DNA from: the human T2T-CHM13v2.0 reference genome, Homo sapiens
Length of the DNA stretch: 64,000 bases
Assembly (NCBI RefSeq): GCF_009914755.1
Contig: NC_060947.1
Reading direction: 5' to 3' (one strand)
Positions within the stretch are counted from its first letter, which is position 1, and each line of letters opens with the position of its first letter. Under the pieces are notes generated by a model, which saw only the letters and a program-made list of their open reading frames with translations, was not told the origin of the DNA and did not search any database. The translations under genes were made by a program, and so were the position numbers. This document shows positions 55,787 to 64,000 of this stretch, one piece after another.

Positions 55787-57959
55787 CTAAAACAAAAAGC
55801 CTAGTTTACTGACAGGCCGCCACTTTACATTTCACGTTGTAAACAGGGTAAATTAAATGTCAAAAGGAAACGGTTTGTAATAAAGGATGCTGTTTATTTA
55901 CTTCAAATTTAAAAACTGTAATCAATACATGGAGCTCCAAATGCCCACTTAAGCTTTTTAATGCCAGATTTCAGTGAAATATTATTACAGCAGGTACAAC
56001 AGTCATGTACTTTGCCTGAAAAAAATGGGTTGATGACCATCTTAAGGTCGAAGTGGAGCAAAGACAGAAAAAGACTGGCAGTCTTACGTCATGAAATACC
56101 ACATTTTTTCACCAGGTAGTGATCCATTTATTATCACTAATAGTCCATATAACATGGTTTCCATTGAAGGGATAAAATGGTCTGTGATATGACTTCATCA
56201 AGGTAGAGAAAACATAACTATATTTGAAATACACCCTATTCACTCAACAAATAGTTCAACAGTTCCTACTCCCTAAAATGTTGTATGTTAATGCTGAGGA
56301 AGAAGTAAAAAGCGAATACACAATCTCTTCCATATTCCTGTGGCATGAGCAAATGCACGAATAAAAAAAAGTAATACAAAAATTGTGTAACTGCCATGGA
56401 AGGACAACTCACTAGGACATGTAGCCAAAAATAGGGGCTGATGTCGACTTAGTTTGCTAAAGATTTCAATCGGTCAAAAAAAGAACAAAAAGATTTTAGA
56501 AGCATGGTGAGGGAAGAGCAAGAGCAAAGCATGGGAGTAACGGTGAGTTCATTCAGAGAAGGCTGTCAACCTGGAGAGATGGGAGGAAAGACAGAAGGCA
56601 AGCCTAAGAAGGGGTCACGTAAAGGGGAGTGTCTCTGAATACCTAAGAACTGAGAAGTATGAGAAGTAGACACCACTGTCAGACTGGGAAGAGGGAAGAG
56701 CTAGGAAGCATTTTAGAAAGGGAAGGGAAGGGTTTTAGGAAGATAATATTGCCGATCAATGAAGGATGGCTCAGAAGAGAAGAGAGAACTCAGATAACAG
56801 CTTAGTAGTACAAGCAAGGAAGAATGAGGTCTTGAACTAGGGCAGCTGCAGTGGGAATTTAAAGAAAGAAATTAAAGGACCATTGCAGAGGTAAAACTTG
56901 CAGGGCCTCGTGACAACTGCACGGGAAAGATAACAGACCGGTAAGAGCCCAAGATGATACCAAAGTTCCTACCGTCTAAGTGGTAACATATAGCATAAGC
57001 ATTGACAGGAAAACTTTTCTAGTCTCATGTTCATATCAATTAATAAATGGTTTCTGGGAAACATAGCAACATGCTCTCTGCTTGTGACTTCTATTTAAAT
57101 AACAGTTTTGTGTATAGATAATCCTCAAGTTGCTTGAAAATTTTATTATCAAACTCTTTTCCCAGTTTATTTAACACATCTAAGTTAGTCCAGAAGAGTG
57201 ACTTACGAACGTATATTTTCACAAGGTTATTAAAAAGAATACCTCCCAAAAAAGAATTCCATGGTTTCCTAAATAATATACATCTAGAGCAAGAAGAGGT
57301 CATTGTCCGATGACAATTCGCTAATGTGCTGTATGACAGCAGTTAATTCTCAATGCACAAAGTGTTAATAATCTGCAGGCTTTCCCATTCTGTTATACAT
57401 CTGAACCATCTCTTTTGATTACAAATTGTCATGTAAAACCATTACTAGCCAGTAATAATTTTGAGAGTAAATATGCCATAAAACACTCCTATATTACAGC
57501 AGGAAATAAAAGAGATACTCAGTAGTTATACTTGCCTACTTCCTGTTTAACTAAAACTGTTGAAACAAGACAAGCAAAAAAGACACCCAGAAAGGATTTA
57601 TGGACTTCCTGCTTTCCACTATAGATTTGTCGCTGATCTCCTAAAAACTGAAAATAAAATCTTAATTAATGTGTTAATAAAGTGTCGACTTTATACACAA
57701 GATGCGTATTTCTAGGTAAAATTTCCAATTTACCTTTTCCTGTTCTCAATAGCTCCCACAAAACTATTCATGAATCCTAAAAATACATTTACCAATTATG
57801 TTAAATCCAGAACAATACATCCAAAGTGAAAATGGTAAGTAATTTAAAATGTATAACCAAAATATCTTTCCATGCATTCAGAAACAAGCAGATTGTCTTC
57901 TATTTTTATGCACGCTTTGTATTTCATAAGAATGTATTGTATAACCAAATAGAACAGAC

Positions 57960-58058
57960 CTTCATGAATTGCTCATGTAGCAGCTTAATCTCTTTCAGTT
58001 GCTGTCTGCTAACGACTCTCTCTTGTTGCCATCTCTTTTGTTGCTCTCTAAATATTTT
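57960..58058 (-). pseudogene. Copy D exon 7: KIFREQQKRWQQERVVSRQQLKEIKLLHEQFMK
   Basis: 99 nt, open, intact splice sites; compare FAM9B [33 protein letters not shown]. Confidence 0.92.
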
Positions 58059-59377
58059 CTAGAAGCACAAAACAAAAAAGTGAAAAGAAATGGGGTAAAT
58101 GTTAATACTTACAAAGCATAATTCTGCATTAGCTCTAAAAGAATACTCTTTAAAATCAATACTTCTGAACATTTTCTTTTCGGCAACGTTTATGACCAGT
58201 TTTAAACAATTATGTTCACCACTCATACGCTAAAACAATGTAATAACTTTTTTCATCAGTCATTGAGTAAAGCATTTCCTTTCTTATACATATTCAACAC
58301 GTATGTCCTAATTCTTGATTTCAGATGAAGAGTAATTGATGACCCTGCCTATAATTTGTTTACCACAGATAGGTAAGATCTATACAGAAATTAACTAAGA
58401 AACATTCTTTCTTACTAAGATTTTAAACATGTGTAAAATCTTGGTCATTTCAATATGCACATAGATGAACCTCCCAATAATGCTGGCTTTTCTACACTTT
58501 GACCTAATCTCCAATAACAGTGTTTTCTCTCCTCTATGTGACACTCACTCACACAGTCATCCCCTAGATTTTGTCATTCCCAATGACTACAACATCTAAG
58601 TAACATTAATAATAGCAATGATAAAGAGCAACCATCGGTCAGATTGCATCCCGAAGATGTTAAATAAACCCATTGCATAGGAACCCTTTAATCCTCCAAA
58701 CAGCTCTGAGGTAGGTACTCTTACCATGTCTCCTTTTATAGATAAGGAAACTGAGACACAGAGATAAATACTTTGCCCATGGTTTCTGAGCTAGCAATGG
58801 TCAAACTGGAGTTGGATCCCAAGTTGGGTGGTTCCAGAGTCCTGGTCCTTGACCACTGCACTCAGCTGTTCCTCTATCTTCCCAACATACAGCCACTACC
58901 TCCCTGCCGTTGTAGGTCACTTACTTCAGTACTACAGCTCAGGAGTCTATCCGGACCTGACACCCATTGAATGGAGCCCTTTTCACTGCCCAACGCCCCA
59001 CCCCCATGTGCTCGGGTAACTCAGTCTGAAATTCCACAACCAGTCATCATAACCCCATCCCTGCGTCTATGCCCTGCCCAACTCTCCCTCTATCAACGTG
59101 CTCAGCTACACCCCAACCCAGAAAATTCCAACCCTACAGCTGCTCTTGCACAAATACACCAACTGAGCTCACTTTAACTTCTTAATCACTATGATGCTGA
59201 CCCCACTTGGGCCCCTAATGCTGCATGGCACTTACATTCCCCTCATCCATTAGTCCTCTAATGGGAACCCTCTCTGGGCTCATGCTCTCTTCCTTCTTTG
59301 CTGGATTTCTGCATGAACTATTACTACCTCAGACAGTGATGCAATAGGTTAATCATAAAGCTAAGCCTGATGCCAAC

Positions 59378-59477
59378 AATTTGTTTTTCTTATTCTTCCT
59401 CAGTCTTCTGCATGTGTGTGTTATATTCTTGAAGAAAATTCAGCAACTGCAGAGAACATCTACAATTACATTTCTGC
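59378..59477 (-). pseudogene. Copy D exon 6: QKCNCRCSLQLLNFLQEYNTHMQKTEEE*EKQI
   Basis: 100 nt, intact splice sites, TAA at 59390-59392; compare FAM9B [24 protein letters not shown]. Confidence 0.9.
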
Positions 59478-60339
59478 CTGTAACACATAATAAGTAACAT
59501 GGTCATGCTTCATAGAGAGATGAAAAATCAATCCTATTCAAGCCAAAACTGATTTGACATAATTTATACTACAAATAGAACAACCTGGGTGGCAAAGTAA
59601 CAAGGGAGTAATAGCAACTGAAATCCTCTCATTGGGAAAAGGGGAAATGAGTTACTCTCATTCCAAAAGGATTTCTTCCTAACTGACTACTAGATCAGCT
59701 GTCTTATGTTCTTTACGTACTGAAAACAAAGGAGGGTTTACTGCACTAAAAATTTACCAGAAACATTCATTTTCTCTAAGAGCAGTTTACTTTTCCTTTC
59801 CTCTTACTGACTAACGTGGGGGTTCCCATAAGTAAATTCAAGACTATCATGGCCAGTCATCCCGTAAGATTTTCCAAAAGAAATATTTCACTGAACTATT
59901 TCTCCACTCTGACACAACAGTGATTTTGTAAAAGAAATAGCGAAAACAATTGCACTAAAATAGATAACTTATTTAAAACATAAGGTTATCCCTTTCTACA
60001 TAATGGAATATTGTTAAGGATCTAAAACTAAACGTTGAAGACATTTACCTCACATTTAGCTAGCATATTTCTAGAAATTGATAAAAATTAATTATACAGG
60101 AAGACTATTGCTATCTGGAAGGCGAAAAGAGGTCATCTTCATTGGCTTCTACGTAATATCTCATAATTTTGTTAAACTGAGGTTATAAAACTAAAGAAAC
60201 TTACCTGCTTAGGGAACAATCAAGTGAAATACGTTGTTCACTGGAGACGCCAATAAGTACAGGACACTGAAATGATTTGCACCAACGAATACAAAGAAAT
60301 GATATAAATATCATTGTGCAAAAAAGCCAGCAATCATAC

Positions 60340-60458
60340 CTTTTCAGTTGTTGTGTTTTCAAAATATGTTCCATTCTGTTCTTGGTGTTGCTGCAAGCTT
60401 TTGTATATGTTTCAAGCCTTTTTCTCTTTGCAGAAAGACCCCGTTTCATGCATGTCAG
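60340..60458 (-). pseudogene. Copy D exon 5: D/MKRGLSAKRKRLETYTKACSNTKNRMEHILKTQQLKR
   Basis: tctag|CT ... AG|gtatga; 119 nt because of a CATG duplication (60447-60454) that shifts the frame; compare FAM9C [38 protein letters not shown]. Confidence 0.92.
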
Positions 60459-61673
60459 CTAGATAGTAAGTGAAAATGCATTAAAAGTTAATGTTGAAAA
60501 GTAGTTCCTTGGAATATATTCAAATCGATATGGGACATGATGGTTCATTAATATTAGAAGGACATTTGAAATGTAAAATGCAAGAATCATTTCAAAAAGC
60601 AAGATTTTCCCACTTATTTTCTGTAAAATCTTTCAGGTATTAATATTAGTATTCCAATTCCAAATGGTAAAACTGCAAATCACTTTTAATTGACAGATGA
60701 TGAAAAGCAAATAATTAAAAGCTTCTATTTTTAAAATGTACGGAAAGGGTTACAAACACAGAATTTAATTTCTACATTTAGAAAATGTCCTACAATTCAA
60801 AGGACACTTTGCCGTGAAGTACTGTCACGACTCATTATGTAAAGCACACAAAAGTATCTTATTTAATAAGACCATCAAAAGGGTAGAAATAATACACAAT
60901 AAGAAAACTATTTTTAAGCACTCTAGTGATTAATGCTATTAACTGTATTGTAATAAAAGAAGCAATGTCCATGTGTATAAAAATTTAAGTTTAAGAAGTC
61001 AAATACATTCTCGAACACTTCTGAAATATTTTCTTGGAGCTTCTTATGTGACATTTTTATCCATAGTGCCGTGTCTCAGAAAACTGTAATACTGCAAGGA
61101 ATGCTTTCCTAAACCTGGTTTCACATCAGAGATCTACCATCAATTGCTATTAATAGTTTTCAGCAATCATAAAAGATCTGCACCGTAATACAAATATTTT
61201 TTACATACAGTACCCATCTATAATACTCAACTTATTAGGCAGCTCACAAAACCAGCACTTTGTCACCACCTAGCAGAGCAAAGCTCCCCAAATACACTGC
61301 TTGTATGAGTTATCTCTATAGAAGAACAAAAAAAAAAAGGAACAAAACATTTTAAATATAAGAGTATTGTCTCCATAGTCTCTACAGAAATTTTCTCAAA
61401 CGTTTTTGGAAATATGGTCCTGTAACAGTCAGTGCAACCAGGCTTTCACGTGGCAATATACACTTTATGAGTTTTTGGATCCAATTACATGTTTCTCACT
61501 GGTAGAAAAGTTGTATTTACTTTTCTACTACACAGTTTATCAGTGCAATAATAATAGAAAATACCCACTTTAGAGAATTCAATTTTCTCTGGTACTTTAA
61601 AGCAAACAAAATCAGAAGGCTATGACAATAGAATAGCTAAATTAGGAATATGAAAAACTCATATTTAAAACTC

Positions 61674-61890
61674 TGAGTACAGATGGACACGAAGAGGGGA
61701 ACAACAGACACTTGGGCCTACTTGAGGTGGACAGTAGGAGGAGGGTGAGGATCAAAAAACCGCCCATCAGGTACTATGCTTGTAACCTGGGTGAAAAAAT
61801 AATCTGTATGCCAAACCCCTGTGACACGTAATTTATCTGTATCACAAACCTGCATATGTATCCCCAAACCTAAAATAAAACCTAAAAAAA
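61674..61890 (+). mobile_element. L1PB/late L1PA 3'-end insertion specific to copy D
   Basis: atggacacgaagagggga acaacagacac ... acaaacctgcatatgtatcccc ... aaaataaaa; absent at the homologous site in B (~26041). Confidence 0.88.
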
Positions 61891-61961
61891 GACCACTGAT
61901 ATGTGACTTAAACTGGGTACACTGAAAGGAATGAATAGAGCTGTTCCTCATCCATCTTTAC

Positions 61962-63620
61962 TCAGAAGTCATCAAATTTCTCCTCTATTTTCTAATAAAG
62001 ATTTTGAGGTATTATTTTGCATTTTTAACTCTGTGTTTATCTACACTTGATTTTTTGTTCCCCATGTCAGGTAGAGATCCAATTCTGCTTTCCTTTTTCA
62101 CGTGGAAATTTAGTTGTCTCGTCCTCATTAGTTGAATACTGTATAGTTTTCCCATTATCAGCTTATTTACTAAAAAGTCCTTCTTTGTCCCTGCTGATTT
62201 GAAATGCTACCTTTTTCATACTCTCAATTTACACATATTATTGGGTCTGCTTATCACTTTCTAGTATGTTGCCTTGGCCTGTCTGTCCATTCTCATGCCA
62301 GCGAATCCACAGTGTTTTAATGACAGAAGCTCAGGTGTATACTGTAATATGTTTTAGGCCACTTATTCCTCATAGCTCTTCCTTTTCGGTGATTTTGTAG
62401 CTATACTTGCCTTTTTAAATAGGCATTATAATATCATCTTGTTCTCTCCAGGGCAAAAGAGGAATTGTAATAAACTTAAAACTCACTTAGGGAGAAGTAA
62501 CATCTTGATGATGTTAGTTATAATGTCCTCACACGGAACAAGGGATTTCTACCCACTAGTCCAACTCTACTTTTGTGTCTTTGTAAAAGGCATTTTATAC
62601 TGTTTTGAATATGTCTTAATTTTATGCCTATTTTTAAAACCGTTTTTGTTGCTCTTGTAAATGAAGTTTGTTTTGTTTTTAACTTTTGTCTTCTAACTGG
62701 TTATATTTTTGTGTCTGTGGAGGCTGTTGGTTTTTGTGTGTCAATTTTATATACTGAAAACTTTCTGATTTTTTTTAATGTTTTAGTTACTTTTACCCCT
62801 GATTCTCTAGGGTACTCCAAGTATATTATGACGTCACCTGCAACTAGAGATAATTTTAGTTGTTTTCCAATTCTTTTGCTTCTAATTTCTTTGTCTTGCT
62901 CCTTGCATATGTGACAACCTTCAGGACAATGATAGGTAATAATGGACACATTAAACATTTTTGCCTGCTTCTTTACTAGAATGCCTCAGGATTTCTCCAT
63001 TATTTAGCATTCAATTTTGATTATAATTTTTTTCAAATTTTGCCATTTTTTAGTATCTGTGAAGATAGTTGTACAATATTTTCCTTATGCCTATTAAATG
63101 GCAAAGTTTTAAAATTGCTAATATTCCACTTTGTATTCCTAGAATAAATCCTACTTGGCCATGGTGTACCATTTTCTCATTGTGATTTTTGAATATGTTT
63201 GGTAATATTTTATTTAGGATTGCCACATTAATGTTCAGAAGCAACATTGGCCCATCTGTGATGCTGCCATTATCAGCTTTAGGGAATATTGTTCTACTTC
63301 CTCCTAAAAAAGAAGTCCAATGTTTACCTTCATTTTCTAGTCTTCAAAGCAATATTAAGTGCTGCAACTATTTGGCCCTAAAGGTTTGGAGAAAGTCCCT
63401 GTGAAGGAATCGGTGCCTGATGGTCTCCTATGGATTATTTCCTTCACAATGCTATTTCCTTTGTAGAAATTGTCTTTTAACCTTTTGGGCGCTATTGGGA
63501 TCAATAAAATGTATTTTGACAAGAAATTACATTGTTCATAGAGTGTTACAAATGTATCCACATAGAGATGCGTAAAGACATCCCTTTGGTTTTTACAAAT
63601 TTCCTCTTTATTATAATTTA
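61962..63620 (-). repeat. Ancient L1M-derived flank paralogous to 8208-9395
   Basis: Reverse complement aligns with the upstream flank of copy A (for example agtaaataagctgataatggg, tctttattagaaaatagagg). Confidence 0.85.
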
Positions 63621-64000
63621 CAGGCATACCTCAAAGATATTGTGGTGTTCAGTTCCAGACCATCATAATAAAGCAAGCAACACGGATTTTTTGGTGTTTC
63701 TTGGGTATAAAAGTTTAAGTTTACACTATGCTATAGCCTATTAAGTGTGCAAAAGCACTATGTCTAAATTTATATACCTTAACTTAAAAATATTGAAGTA
63801 TTAAAAGTGTTTAATATCACCTGAGCCGTCAGTAAGACATAATCTTTTAGCTGGTGGAGAGTCTTGCCCCAGTGTTCATGGCTGCTGACTGATCAGGATG
63901 GTGGTTGCTGAGAATTGGGGTAGCAGGGGCAATTTCTGAAAATAAGACAACAATGAAGTTTGACACATAGAGAGACTCTTGTTTTCATGAAAGATGTCTC
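63621..64000 (-). mobile_element. Tigger1 3' end, same insertion site as 5788-8207
   Basis: TIR caggcatacctc at 63621 preceded by TA; flanking sequence matches 8208-8300. Confidence 0.92.

Larger units (their letters stand above)
55280..61960 (-). pseudogene. FAM9-like pseudogene copy D (exons 5-9 and 3' UTR; promoter and exons 1-4 deleted)
   Basis: Five exons colinear with copy B in inverted orientation; peptides closest to remembered FAM9B/FAM9C but not identical to them; 4-nt frameshift and a premature stop. Confidence 0.92.

Noticed and set aside
55280-61960. Calling copy D (or A plus B) the functional FAM9A, FAM9B, FAM9C or SYCP3 gene
   Set aside because: The peptides differ substantially from the remembered proteins, and the copies carry stops, frameshifts and missing exons.

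Overview
Primate (human-like) genomic DNA rich in Alu, L1, L2, MIR, MLT1, Tigger1, MER1 and MER11 elements, with no intact protein-coding gene. Spliced reading shows several decayed copies of an SYCP3/FAM9 (Cor1/Xlr-family) gene, which suggests the FAM9 region of Xp22; this location is inferred, not verified. Copy A (+, ~10.55-13.32 kb) has a promoter and exons 1-4. Copy B (+, ~26.0-33.0 kb) has exons 5-9 and is strikingly SYCP3-like. Copy D (-, ~55.3-62.0 kb) has exons 5-9, is FAM9-like, lost its 5' half and forms an old inverted repeat with B. Between A and B lies an unprocessed, disabled genomic copy of two 5' coding exons of ZBTB20 plus probable intron. Its junctions carry an L1PA filler, an inverted FAM9-intron fragment, micro-duplications and a shared 36-mer, consistent with one complex template-switching event that fused two different paralogs. 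The ZBTB20 exon ends in the same phase in which SYCP3-like exon 5 begins, so an in-frame ZBTB20(N)-SYCP3(C) chimera was possible before decay. Protein comparisons rest on remembered reference sequences and identities are by-eye estimates; both need alignment confirmation.
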